Assembly (NCBI RefSeq): GCF_006345805.1
Contig: NC_043014.1
Coordinates: 52,576,001-52,640,000 of the forward strand
Direction of reading: 5' to 3'
Length of the DNA stretch: 64,000 bases
Source of the DNA: Octopus sinensis
Lineage: Eukaryota
The notes below the pieces were generated by a model. That model had not been told where the DNA came from. It worked only from the letters and a program-made list of their open reading frames with translations, and did no database searches. Below are positions 1 through 12,480 of this stretch, piece after piece. The position numbers and the translations under genes were made by a program. Position 1 is the stretch's first letter, and each line of letters starts with the position of its first letter.

Positions 1-219
1 TTATGGCAGCAATCCGGATACTTATTGATCAGGCCTCATGTATGTATATATATACTTATATGTATATACATACATATACACATACATACATGCATACATA
101 CATATCGTTCACTTTCTCTATCCAAAGTATTTTTAACCTAATACCTGCTTGCTCTTATTTATAGCTTTATTTGCTTCGGGTCTCAACGTCGTTATATATA
201 TATACATACATACATTCAT

Positions 220-310
<91 letters not shown>

Positions 311-449
311 CATACATTCATACATACATATATATATATGGCCTGCTCGCTTAGCCAGCGGGGTGGCGTCATTCGAAGGCTAAAACAATGCGAACGCATT
401 GTGACCAGCGATGTGTAACAACATCAGATGGTCTGATCTGTCACGTGAT

Positions 450-500
<51 letters not shown>

Positions 501-503
<3 letters not shown>

Positions 504-843
504 TGGCTGCCATCTCGTTATCGAGTATGGCCATTGCACGAAGCTTAATCAATGTTGTTATCGTGCAATGCCTGTGCAGGAAGATTTTTTTTAAAGTGAG
601 GAAAGGCTGTGCACTGAGTCAATCCCACTCACTAAGCAACAGCAGCATAATCCGAAAAGATGTACAAGTCAACATCATCGGTAACCACTGAGCCGCAGGT
701 TTTATGTCGGAGTTATCCCAGTTACCTGAGTTACCTTCTCCTAGAAGGATGCCCTAACAAAGGCTAAGAGTCCTTCATTCCCAATGGCTTAACCGCGCGA
801 TCGGATATTCAGTCCGATTATTTCTATGTCCCTGCGCATGAAT
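501..843 (-). mobile_element. 5'-truncated copy of the short non-autonomous element seen at 20314-20985
   Basis: Reverse complement aligns to about 20545-20985 apart from an indel of roughly 100 bp. Ends in a (TA)n tail. Confidence 0.75.
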
Positions 844-855
844 CATTGGTTGAAT

Positions 856-3800
856 CATACCACTTTGCCACGTGGAAAGAGGTGTATCATTTCACTACAA
901 CATCTTCCCTTTTAATTTATTTTTGGTGGCGGGGAACAGGTAATTTTATTTCACTTTATTCACCCCTCTTCCATTTTTAACGTTTTTTTTTCAAACTAAT
1001 ATTTGATTCTTTTTGGTGTTTGATTGTAGGAACTTTGTGTTCTTCCTTTCTCTTCCGCATGTGCACGTGGGTTCAACCACCTGTAACGATGTTGGTACCT
1101 GGAATGTGTCATATAGCCATTTCAATTTGTCTGGTTCATTTTCTATGAATCTCTTCTTTAACTGGTTTCTGTGTCATTTTTCAATACCTCTTTTGCTTTT
1201 TAACCCGTACATCATTTTTCCTTTGTACGTTATCATTTCGCTTTCTTCCCAGTACTGTTTTCCGTTTTTATACGAGCTCATGTACACGTTGTCACCAATT
1301 TTGAAAAATTTTGATATGTCACTTTCTGGCACTTTTTCTTTCTTCACCAGGTAACAGTTTATCAAAATTAAATTTCACCTTCCTGGTGAACATCAATTCC
1401 GCTGGTGAGCTTCCTGCTGATGTATTGGGGGTCGGTGTCACCCTGTATACCCTTAGGAATTGCTGCAGAGCGACTTCGTTGTTTGCTTTTCTCGAAGCTC
1501 TACCTGTCCATTTGTTCAGGGATGGTAAGGAGCTGTCTTTTTATGTTCTACCGTGAACTTTAGCAGAATTTTCTAAATTCACTGGACACAAACTGTGTTC
1601 CATTATCAGATACAGTCACATTTGGTATGCCGAATATTGCGAATAATTCGTGCAAAAAATTATTACAGTTGAGGCATCCGGTCTTTTGCACTTAAAAATT
1701 TCCGGCCATTTTGTAAAACTGTCAACTACTACTAAGTAGTAATAACCATTTAACGGACCCGCAAAATCGATGTGTAGTCTTGGGCCAAGGTTCCCATTTT
1801 TGAGTGAGCAGTTTTTCTGCCAGCCTACATCCGCCTCAGCCTTTTACTACGTTTTCAATTTCTTTGTCCGTCCTCAGCTAATACACATAACTGCGCATAA
1901 GCATTTTTTCATCCTTTCGATCCCCGGATGTCCAACATGGAATTCCTTCGGCATTCTTTTTTCTAGAATCTCAGTTATCGCTACCCTTTGGCCATACATC
2001 AGTACACCATCGCATGTCGAATATATGCTTACATCTTATTTTGTTTTTTGTTTTTTCCTACCGAACTTATTTTTTTGTTCTTTTTAGGTAACCACAGAGT
2101 TTACTTTGTTTCATTAATGAACTTGTCTTTTGACGCCTGTCGCTTTATCTCCAGAGTTATTGGTAACTCTCGTACAATGTTCCACATTATGTATATAATT
2201 TCCCCTTCGACCCTTAGGGCTGCTATTACTGTGTTCTCGAATGGATCGCCATTTCTTGGTATTAGCTTGGATAGGCCGTCAGCATGTCCTAACTTTTTCG
2301 AAGGTAAATATTTCATTGCATAGTCGTAGTTTAGTAGTATGGTGCCCATAAATAATTCGGCTTACCGATTTTCCTCCATGTTTGTTCATTTATGATAGTG
2401 ATGTCATTCTCCATATCTAATTTCATTGTGACACTAGTGGTTTCGATTCTCAGTTTGATGAATTTTCTGTTCGTTGTATAAACTTTTTTCTCTGATGACA
2501 AACTATTTTTTCTCGTTTCGTTCAATTTTTCGTCATCTTAGTTGTGCAGTGCGATTTAATGTGTCCTGTGTTACCACAACGCAAACATTTCGCATTTTTG
2601 AACGGACATTCTTTTCTTAGATGCCTACCACCACACACCACACATAGGTTTACCTCCTGATATATATCGTGTTTTTTGTGACACATTTTATCTGTCTTCC
2701 GACTCATTCGCACTGATTTCATCTGTAAACAATCTCTGCGTTGGCTTTCTTCTGTGTCGTGTCTTACTTTTAAAACCATATCGCACTCTTCTGACAGTTT
2801 CTGGATAGTTATATCCTGGTTCACTTTCAGGTTTGCGAGAATTTTCATCATTACTTCTGCGTCTTTTTTAGCAGTAAGTCGCTGAGCAAAAATCAGGCAC
2901 TTGAACGTATCTGAAGTTAGTTTATCCAGTTTAAATATCTCGCACTCTCTATTCATTCTACCCGCATAAGTGGTATAGTCTACGTCATCCCTTTTCTCCG
3001 CGTTCAAACACTTCCAACGTGTGTTGAATAACAATATTTCTTCACTGAACATCTTACATAAAATGTTAATTGTGTCCATGAAATTTATGTCAGAAACTTT
3101 TTTAAGCAATATAATGTTACAGTATTTATTTCTTGTGCTCTATCGTCGCCAGTTTCCTCAGAATTAGACGCGTTTTTATTCCGACCGTCCAGTTTTGGCA
3201 TTCTTTTTCGAAAATTTGTTCAAAATCTTTGGTAATACGCCTCGAAAGTTATTCCTTCTCCTGAGTCATATTTAAATTCATTTATTGAATTTGCTACATA
3301 GTCTTGCGGGAAAGTATTTTCTGGTTTGTTACCAACTTCATTAGTTGTAGTATTTGTTGCTCTTGTTGTTATTTGAGTTGTTGTTGTTGTTGTTGCTGTT
3401 TTTGCAACTCAGCTAAACCCTCTAACAAGTTTTCCATAATTTTATGGAATTTTCGTAAAATATATACAACAAAAACGTTTGTTCGGGTTAGCCTTAACCC
3501 TAATCCTAACCCTAATTTCTCCACGTAAAACCTTTTTCAACGTTGTCCGCGTGAACTGTTTATATCCTCATCACCTCTGTTATAATGTGCATCGTCATCC
3601 ACTTGTGTGTTGTTGTCGGCACTGTGATATTCTTGTCACCTCTATTATGTTGTGGCGGTATTCCGCATCTTATTATCTTTGACTCATCTATTGTAGCCCC
3701 GCAAGACAATGACTTTCAAACGTCTACCTTGATGGTAACTCGAACTCGCATATATCACGTAATTAACACTCACTCCAACTGAGAAACTCGTACGACGACT

Positions 3801-3889
3801 TTACTACTACTGACTGACTTTGACTTTATAGTGGCTGTGTCATACCACTTTTCCACGTGGGAAGGGCTGTACCATTTCACTTCAGCACA
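856..3889 (-). mobile_element. Degenerate Ty3/gypsy LTR retrotransposon with the RT region deleted
   Basis: 5' LTR about 3578-3889 (TG...TAACA). PBS-like gaggtgatgaggat at 3564-3577. Gag with two CCHC knuckles at 2522 to about 3330. Degenerate protease (MKLDMENDITII), RNaseH tail (WGTILLNYDY..HADGLS), integrase (HPG..MK, VDSF.KWP, SDNGTQF). PPT aaaagggaaga at 903-913. 3' LTR remnant 856-902 matches 3841-3889. Confidence 0.9.
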
Positions 3890-3894
3890 TCATC

Positions 3895-4175
3895 GTCATC
3901 ATCGTCGTCGTCATTAACGTCCGCTTTCTATGCTGGTATGGGTTAGACGGTTTGACTGAGGACAGGCAAACCATAAGCCTGCACCAGACTTCAATCTGAT
4001 CTGGCAAGGTTTCTATAGCTGGATACCCTTCCTAACGTCAACCAGTCCGAGAGTGTAGTAGGTTCTTTTTACGTGCCACCGTCAAGAGGGCCAGTCAGGT
4101 GGCACTGGAATCGTTCACATTCAAATGGTGCTTTTTAAGTTCCACCGGCATGAGAGCCAGTCACGTGGCACTGAC
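3895..4175 (-). mobile_element. SINE-like repeat with a (GAT)n tail, RTE-type 3' end
   Basis: (cat/cgt)n tail next to ttaacgtccgcttt...ggataccccttcctaacgtcaacc, a pattern recalled from cephalopod RTE-related short repeats. Confidence 0.45.
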
Positions 4176-4186
4176 ATCATTCATAT

Positions 4187-4230
<44 letters not shown>

Positions 4231-4283
4231 ATACATATATATATATATATTTACATAAGCTATGCAGATAGATATCAATAGAT

Positions 4284-4331
<48 letters not shown>

Positions 4332-5879
4332 AAGGAGATTAGCAGGAAAGGACAGGAGGACAGTCAAAGAATAGAATCGACCTTGATGAAACACCTGGTC
4401 TACGATGTTTAAGGCTGGTGGAAAGAAGACTCATTTTCTCGTCATTAAACACCGGAAAAAAAGAGTCAGGGCCTCTTCTCCGCCCTTACCACTCAACCTT
4501 AAAAATGGTTTTAATTGAAACGAAATCGTGGGTAACTAAACAACCAGAAGCTTCATCAGCGCGAGAAGTAACATTTTCAAGTCAACAACAAAAGTTGAAA
4601 AAAAAACAACCTAAAGAATGCCTGAAAGGAAAGTAGCAATCAAACTCTTTCCTACTTCCTCCTGCCTATCTTTCCTCCTGAAAGCTTTATGCGAAGATTA
4701 GCCTATCAATCATCAACACCATCAATATGGAGGTACTACTCGGGCAGCAGCAAATCGATACCCTTGGACTCGACAGTGTGGAATGCTACTGAGGATGTTT
4801 TGTCAAGTCGCAGAAATGTCTGTTTTGGTGTATCTTTAAAATCTCAGTAAATTATTTTTACACCTTAGCAAAAGATAGAGACAGAGAGAGTGGGGGGAGA
4901 AAAAGAAACATTTCCTAGTTCGCTTTCATATTTTATATACCAGTGATTTTTGAAGGAGGCCCCAAAGATTATACATCAGGTTGTTGTTTCTGCCTTGAGA
5001 ATACATAAGATATTACTTGAAGAATAAAGAGTTTAATCGTATACCTTCAAAATATATCCGTTTGTAACCAGTTCCCATAGTGTTCAACTTCAAGCAGGAG
5101 ACATTCTTCTGTAAGTCACTGTGGAGAAAGAATCAAACGAAACTGGGGCATATCACGAAGAAAATTATGTTGACATTTCAGATTCAACATTCTGGGCTTC
5201 TTGCTCCTTCAGTGAACCGCACTTACTATTACAAAAACTTCTCTATGACCTACTTCGTGGTTTGATCGTTTTCTTTACTTTGTGAGTGGGTGCGTGTGTT
5301 TTTCAAATATATAGGTGCATGACTATATGTTTTTTTCCAAAAATTTTATATTGCAAGCCACACAAAAACCTAACCGGATAGAGGAGTGCCGCCCATTTAT
5401 TTTGATTCACCACATAGAAACTTTTATAAAAGTTAATAGCTTGACAGGTTCGGCCGTCTGTCACAGGCCACTTCCCTATGACTAATAGTGACTCAAGTTG
5501 TTCTTTCAAAGTATCATACATTTATACACAATAGCTGGAATCGTTATTTTTTTTTTTTTAATGGATGAATCAGTCCAATTTGCGTCACTCTGTCACCTCT
5601 GGAAGTGACTTCTTTTTTTATATATAAAAAGATTTTTTTTTTAAATTGCATACAGAATCAACAATAAAACCAGTAAAAAAAAAGAAGAAAGGAATGAAAA
5701 TGTTTTTGATCGGGGTTAATGAAGTAGGGTTGATGGATATTAGAATGGTTAAAGAATGCGAAAAGTCAATTGAAAAAATAGCAGATGAGAGGGCAAACAA
5801 ACTTTTAAACGACTGATATTTCAGAGTAGAAACACATAAATAAATAAAATACCACATGTATACATTTTTTCATTCTTTT

Positions 5880-6178
5880 ACTTTTTTCAGTTCTATGACT
5901 GCTGCCATGCTGGGGCACTTCCTTGAAGAATATTAGTTAGTACTTATTTTTTTAAAGCTTGGTACTTATTATCTCGGTCTTTTTGACGAACCGCTAGTTT
6001 ACGGTTGTCCAGCTGTGGCAGGGAACAGACATATTTACACACATACATACATACAAATCCACTTTCAAGGCTTTGGTCGGCATAAGGCTATAATAGAAGA
6101 CACTTGCTCAAGCTACCATGCAGTGAGACTGACTCGGAACCATGTAGTTGGGAAACAAGCTTATCACACAACCACAAG
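5880..6178 (-). mobile_element. SINE family A, partial and diverged
   Basis: Shares gactgc..ccatgctgg, gaaccgcta, caaggctttggtcgg and agaagacacttgc blocks with 27394-27863. Confidence 0.75.
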
Positions 6179-6319
6179 ATAAATTGACATTATGCCTTTG
6201 ATTCTAGGATCGTAAATAAAGAGGAAGAATTACGATGAAATGCTTTTGATCGAGGTAATGAAGTAGAGTTGGTGGATATTAGAATGGTTAAAGAATGCGA
6301 AAAATCCCTTAAAATTTGC

Positions 6320-6465
6320 AAGCGGAAGAATTTGGAGTGTGCGAACAGTAAAGGTGGTGCCTATAATAATTGGTGCGTTGGGTGCAGTAAGCCAAGATAC
6401 AAACAAATGGCTGAAAGTAATTGGAATAGAACGCCCGGTAGAGCTCCTACAGAAAGTTTGTCTTA
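6320..6465 (+). mobile_element. R4/Dong-like LINE C-terminal fragment
   Basis: VKVVPIIIGALGAV...LLQKVCL is homologous to the RLE C-terminus at 24100-24256. Confidence 0.65.
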
Positions 6466-6715
6466 TCGGTTTTTATCATTTATTACTATTTTGGTTTGGC
6501 TCAGGTTTGGTCATATTCCAGGCAGGATTTATGTGTGTAGCAGGTTACTAGCTATAGCCTTAAGTATCCACAAGTTTTCAGCAGTTTTTCAAATGCTTAG
6601 AACCCTCCTGATGATCCTTGCTGTACTTCAGAGACAAACTTTGTTTTTCTTCCTCTTTCTTTACGATCCTGGAATCAAACGATTATGATGGATCGGTGAG
6701 AAAGGAGTTTCGCTG

Positions 6716-6767
<52 letters not shown>

Positions 6768-6965
6768 GGACGGCGAGCTGGCAAAAGCATTAGCATGCTA
6801 GGAAAAATGCTTAGTGGCATATCGCCCGTCTTACGTTCTGAGTTCACATTCCGCCGAGATCGACTTTGTCTTTCATTCTTTCAAGGTCGATAAATCAAGT
6901 ACCAGTTGAGTAATCGTCTATCCCCTTCCCCCAAATCTCAGACCTTGTGCCTATAGTAAAACTGA
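6768..6965 (+). mobile_element. tRNA-headed SINE family B
   Basis: A-box-like ggcgagctggca and B-box-like gagttcacattcc, followed by a central ctttcattctttcaaggtcgataaatcaagtacc domain. Related copies at about 35750, 45315 and 46380. Confidence 0.7.
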
Positions 6966-6984
6966 TTATGATTATTACTGTTGC

Positions 6985-7018
<34 letters not shown>

Positions 7019-7335
7019 ATTATTGTTATTGTTACCTTTCAGATAACTTTTAGCCGCCATTGTTGTTCGAAAGACATTCAAGACCTCATTCTTCAACTCG
7101 CCGGCGGAAGTAGGTTGGTACATACTTTATATTGATTTACTTTTACTACAACATTTGTATATAGGATAGTTAATAACGAGATTAGAAGCCAGAGAAATAC
7201 ACAAGTTATTTGGGGAGCTGTAGAAGTAGAATTTAATTCCTTTATACCACGGAGTCATACAGGCAATAGAAAACGTAGGACAAGATCTTGAGCAAACTAC
7301 TTTTCTGGTATATGTGTATAGGGAATCAGCAAATA

Positions 7336-8626
7336 TTGGGTTGTCCGGAAAGTTCGTGCCGATTTATAGTAGCTTACCTTTCGACTTGTTTTAGATATCG
7401 TTGAGTCCATAAATTAGGATTTGACTGCACCTCCATTTAGAGTACAATTTAAGCTATCTTTTCGTGGAAGAAGGTTTATGTTCCTATAACCTGTGTTAAT
7501 TCTGTAACCCTTTAAATTGGAAGATAAGAAAGTTCATTTTCGGTACTTGATGCTTTTCGTTTTCCGTAAAGGGAAAAATACCTCACAAGCAACCAAAGAA
7601 ATATGCGCAGTTTACGGTGATGTTTCTTTATCTGAAAGGTGTGTACGGAAGTGGTTCGCAAGGTTCCGAGCGGGAGATTGTAGCCTTATTGATAAAGAGC
7701 GATCAGGCAGATCATCCACTACAGATGATGACCAAATCAAGTCATTAATTGAGAATAACCCACATTGCACAACCCGAGAATTGGCAGAAAGCCTCAATCT
7801 ATCAAAACCCGTTGTCCATGAGCACCTAGTGAAGCTTGGGTACACAAATCGCTAAGATGTTTAGGTACCACATGAGTTGAGTGAGAAGAACCTTTTGAAT
7901 CGCATTTCCATCTGTGATTCGCTTTATAAACAGAATGAAAACGCGTCTTTTTTATAGCAAATTGTGACAGATGATGAGAAATGGATTATCTACCGAAATG
8001 TTCAGAGAAAGCGATCCTGGAGTAAGCGACATGAGCCACCCTTAGCCACCCAAAAGCCGGTCTTCACTCTAAAAAAGTCTTGCTTTGTGTCTGGTGGGAT
8101 TGGAAAGGAATTCTGAACTATGAGCTTCTCACAAGTAACCAAACAATTAATTCTGAGAAATATTGCACGCAACTGGACAAGTTAAAAGCAGCAATTCAAG
8201 AGAAACATCCAGAATTGGCCAACAGGAAGGGTGTTGTTTTCCAACATGATAATGCAAGACCGCACGTTTCTTTGGGAACCAGACAAAAGTTGCTGCAGCT
8301 CGGCTGGGATTTGTTGCTACACCCTCCATATTCACCAGATATTGCTCCTTCGGATTTCCACTTATTCAGGTCTCTGCAGAATAGTCTTAATGCTAAAAAT
8401 TTCAAATCCTTGGATGACATAAAAAGATACCTTGATGAATTCTTTGCCATGAAACCACCTCAATTCTGGGAAAAGGGTATTTTCAAGTTAAAGGAAAGAT
8501 GGAGATGCATTGTGCAACAAAATGGTTCATATTTGGTTGATTAAAAATTTAATGGCAAATATTTATTGACCTGATTTTTAAAGGAAAGTCCTTTAAAAAT
8601 CGGCACGAACTTTCCGGACAACCCAA
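7336..8626 (+). mobile_element. Full-length mariner (DD34D) transposon, 1291 bp, with pseudogenised transposase
   Basis: Perfect 30-bp TIRs (ttgggttgtccggaaagttcgtgccgattt) and TA duplication at 7334-35 and 8627-28. Transposase at 7517-8544 has VPHEL, TDDEKW, HDNARPH and YSPDIAPSD motifs, three stops, one frameshift and a lost ATG. Confidence 0.97.
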
Positions 8627-9136
8627 TAATTTGGAACATAATTGCTGGTTTATCGCAGATTACATTCACCATGAAAAGATTTTTCCCAGTTACATGATGT
8701 AAATCAATGGAAGGTGCCCTCTACGTGGTCTCTTGACCAACTTGAAATAACTACTAAGTTCTCTTTCAATTCACAAAGACATATACTATAATGTGTTCCT
8801 AGGATGCAAAAAGCCTAAAAATTAAACAGAAAGCTCATGGCTGAAATGCCTTTGGTTATAGTTTTGCTAAACCAGAGATGATCCAGGAGGGAGTTAAACG
8901 ACAGCTACAAGAACAAGTAAATGAGAAGTGAATGTCCTGCTAATAAATGCAGTAGGATACGCGAAGTGGCCTTGAACTCATGCACCTTGACATGATATTC
9001 AAGTGTTTTTGTCTATTCACTCAGTCATTTCTTTTTCACAACGCAATGAGACGGGTTGTAGTGATAGGTGTGTCTTCTTGATAGAACTAGCCTCCTGCGT
9101 TTGTTTATTTGTTTAAAATATTTTTTATATTTTCAG

Positions 9137-9214
9137 GGTCTCCAAAGTATCGCTCCAGAGTACTGATGGTGCTTATATTCCAGTCACACCCACAATGCCT
9201 ACCAATTCATCAAA
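9137..9214 (+). CDS. PDE9A: PDE9A-like phosphodiesterase exon, first one found in window (VSKVSLQSTDGAYIPVTPTMPTNSS)
   Basis: tttcag acceptor, gtaagt donor, 78 bp. Peptide resembles the vertebrate PDE9A N-terminal segment ([22 protein letters not shown]). Frame joins the next exon. Confidence 0.85.
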
Positions 9215-9254
9215 GTAAGTAAAAAAGATGAGACTTTGCTCTCGTTTAGTAGCA

Positions 9255-9261
9255 GTTGTTG

Positions 9262-9293
<32 letters not shown>

Positions 9294-9356
9294 GGTGGTG
9301 TTATTGGTGGTGGTGGTGGTGGTGGTGGTGGTGGTGGTGGTGGTGGTGGTGGTAGT
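9255..9356 (+). repeat. (GTT)n(GGT)n microsatellite
   Basis: Directly visible; starts about 40 bp after the exon donor at 9215. Confidence 0.95.
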
Positions 9357-9559
9357 GATATAATGTTTCCATTATATCACTCAACCTTGACCCCTAGTGT
9401 CATTATCTGAAAGTCAAATCTCTTACGTTAACTTAATTATAATCGTAATAGTATTAATCATAGTAATATAAACCCCAGCGACTACCATGCGAACACCTGT
9501 AACTCCCGCGAGCTTGAACTATTACGAAATAATAACGTTGGGTCACGTACCCGTAACAA

Positions 9560-9665
9560 TAAATTTCAAGTATTGGTGCAGTTGTTTAGACAAAGCATCT
9601 TGTCCGCTTTCTGGACGATGTTTAGCAGAAAATATGATTTACAAATGTGAAGTTGTAACGGAGAC
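9560..9665 (+). mobile_element. Penelope-like element fragment (linker and start of GIY-YIG)
   Basis: CSCLDKASCPLSGRCLAENMIYKCEV matches the PLE CxC..CPLxGxCL..VY pattern. Confidence 0.6.
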
Positions 9666-9675
9666 CAATACGAGG

Positions 9676-9832
9676 TGCGTCTTTGAGATCAAAATTTCCA
9701 TTTTTGAACTTGGCACACCGATCATGAGCGGTTCTTTCAGCTATGGCACCCTCTCCATACACAGCTCAAATATCGCGAGCAGCTTTTGTGGCCTTAGAAT
9801 TTCGATTAAAAGCAAAAAAAAGGAGGTGTCGA
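9676..9832 (-). mobile_element. Mariner transposase N-terminal HTH fragment
   Basis: Minus strand reads NRNSKATKAARDI*AVYGEGAIAERTAHDRCAKFKNGNFDLKDA. Confidence 0.75.
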
Positions 9833-10169
9833 AAATGCTCGTTTTTCTTAACTTGACATTCCATTTTAATGATCAGAAAATAAACAAAAATAAACAAAAA
9901 TTAACTAAAATTAACTAGAAAAAACAAAACAAAATAGATTCCAAAATGATTCAATAATAAAATTCTCGAAAATAATAGATTCCAAAATTTAAAAACGCAA
10001 TAAATTCCAAAATTTGAAAAAACGGCGGGAACTCGGTTGCCAACCCAATAGATGCTAAAGTTTTACAGTTGACTCAGAACCCTGGAGATACCACTCACCT
10101 GAAGTATGAGTCAGATGCAATAAAGGAGTGGGTTGAGGACAATAACACGCAATTTAATGCTGAAAAAAT

Positions 10170-10510
10170 TCCAAACCCTACATAATCAGTTAGCGAAGCG
10201 AAAATACAATGGGCCTGGAAGTTTTGCAGTCCCAGAATCCCAATCAGTGCTTGACCTGTCACTAACGTTTCTGTTTCTTGTTTCAAGTTTCCGTCAGCCA
10301 AAGCGAGCGGACATTTTTGATTTGCTGAAGAATTGGCCAAACAGTTTTATTTCTTTCCATTTGTTCATTCTGTTATTCTTCCTTTTCTCTTTAAATCCTC
10401 CTACTGCCGAAATTACTCTTTCTTTACTCTGTACAACATAATTTTTCAGCTCTAGTATCGCAGTACCAACAATGTCATCCGTGTTTAATAATCCTCTCAC
10501 ATTCCATTCT
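10170..10510 (-). mobile_element. R4/Dong-like LINE fragment
   Basis: KWKEIKLFGQF and GNLKQETETL are equivalent to WQEKPLHGKY and GLKAETEGFL at 23490-23610. Confidence 0.6.
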
Positions 10511-10832
10511 TGGCAGATAGATAATTCGCATGAAGTCTCAAGATGCCATAGATGCTTGGCCTTCTGAAATGCTTTATCATTCTGTAACGTTCAAGCAAAC
10601 CTTCTGCGACGCTTAAGCTTTTATAATGTTTAAGCCTTTTGCGACTTTTAAACCTTCTGTAACACTTGCGCCATCAGTGAGGTTTCATCATTTTAATTTG
10701 CATGATCCTTTTGTGGCATATAAGCCGTTTCTGGCGTTTAGATCTATTTAAGAATACTTCAGAACATTGATACACATTTCTTGCCTCATTAATTTCTCTC
10801 TCTCTCTTTCTCTCTTTCTATTTCCTCCGTAG

Positions 10833-10888
10833 TACACCATACCGAGTACACATACAAGATCTATCAAACACTTGTGACCCACGTCAAG
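10833..10888 (+). CDS. PDE9A: PDE9A-like exon (NTPYRVHIQDLSNTCDPRQ)
   Basis: cctccgtag acceptor, gtaagt donor, 56 bp. TPYRV matches PDE9A TPYKV; phases are compatible on both sides. Confidence 0.82.
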
Positions 10889-12184
10889 GTAAGTGTGCTA
10901 AAGGCAAGAAGTCTGATAATTTAACGAACCTGTTTGTTTATTTCTTGCTATTTAAAAAAACATCAATGATTAGTTGATTTAAATTTTTGCTGGTGCATTA
11001 CACCTACTTGTCAATGGGCATCGTGCTTCCATCGGAATTTCCTGTTAATGCATGTTCCAAGCTTCAGTATAATAATGACAAAATTAAGTTAATTTCAAAA
11101 TTAACTTAAATTGCAATTTAGTTTTAAAAAATAGGGGAATAAAAGTGTTAAATTCTCTATTTCGATTTCTGTTACTTTTCGCTGTTGAATCGGTCACTTC
11201 AATTTGTTCGGTGCCGCAATTCATTAAGAAACAGAGCAGCTGTTTGGGTGCGGACGATTTGGCACGGTTAAATGGACATTAAGCCTGTTTTGGCAACACT
11301 ACGTTTGGGCACTGGAGGCAAATACACGCAAGCACGTGCGCACGCGCGCACAGAAATATTTACATACAGAGAGAGAGAGTGAAAGAGAAAGGGAGAGAAA
11401 GGGACAGTGCACATACATCCAAACATCAATAGATGTATCATATACATAATCAGAGAGAAATATTAAAACAAGAGAAACATTAAATTGTCTGAAGCAAAAT
11501 AAATCTGTATCGAATCAGTGATGACAGATAGACGGCGCCAAAATGCTGGCGCCAAAACTGAGCTCAAATTTGGACTTTTTTCGCTCGTTTTTGTATTAAA
11601 AAAATATTTTGGGATGGAGTATCACAGACTTTAATGTCTTGCTGTGTTTATCACGAATATTGACGTGAGTATAAATTAGAGAAATGGAAACGGAGGCTGA
11701 CTTGAGGGAGACGGAATCTTTCTCATTTTGCCCGTTTCGCTTAAAACGTGTGCCAAAGACGGCTAAGTTCGTCTATATCACTGAATGTCTTTATGTCTGT
11801 ATACGTGATACTAATTTTTCGTTTCGTTTTGTAATTGCTTTGTTTTGTCTTTTGGATTTGTAACAAAACCGAAGTGCTATATAGGAGTACGATTTTGAGT
11901 GGCATTTTCTTAAAGTCAATTGAGCTAATACGACATTGATGTCTACATTAGGCACACCTACACAACTTTAGACGTTCGATTCAGAAATTCGTTTCGAATT
12001 CACATATTCTCTAGAACGATCCTATTGAGTGTCACATTAAGCGTTACCTACAATAATGTGGGATCGACCCACGGCGTAGGACCAGAAAAACGTTTACATC
12101 GTCGTCGTAGTCATCGTCATTATCGTCGTCATCATAATCGTATTCATCTTCGCCATTATCGTGGTTGTCGTCGTCATCATCATC

Positions 12185-12480
12185 ATCATAGTTTTATGAC
12201 TGCTTTTACAGCTTGTCCATTGTCCCTCTATCTGCGAAGATCAACTTCTTGAAATTAGCCTTCGCCACTTTTTCTTGTCTTTCTCAGCCAGCCCACCTTT
12301 TCCGTGGGTTTATTCTGCTCGGATCTGTCCTCCAGCTGTCATCCTTCATACGCATTACGTGTCCATGCCAGGCGCAGTACATATTCGTATCAACCTTCTC
12401 TCTTACATGCTACATATGGCTCCTCTTCAGTTTTTCTCGTGGCTCATTTGAATTGCGTTGTTCACCCACTCTAGCATTAC
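12185..12480 (-). mobile_element. RTE LINE 3' end fragment with (GAT)n tail
   Basis: Minus strand reads LR-WHGHVMRMKDDSW, the typical RTE ORF2 C-terminus, followed by gatgatgat. Confidence 0.65.

Noticed and set aside
3141-3152. tggcgacg PBS-like motif on the minus strand
   Set aside because: It lies inside gag coding sequence (RLILRKLATIEHKK). The PBS position next to the LTR is 3564-3577.
1-9136. First two PDE9A coding exons (MGSG..IQK and VIFS..GLPR equivalents)
   Set aside because: No matching spliceable peptide was found by eye; they probably lie upstream of the window.
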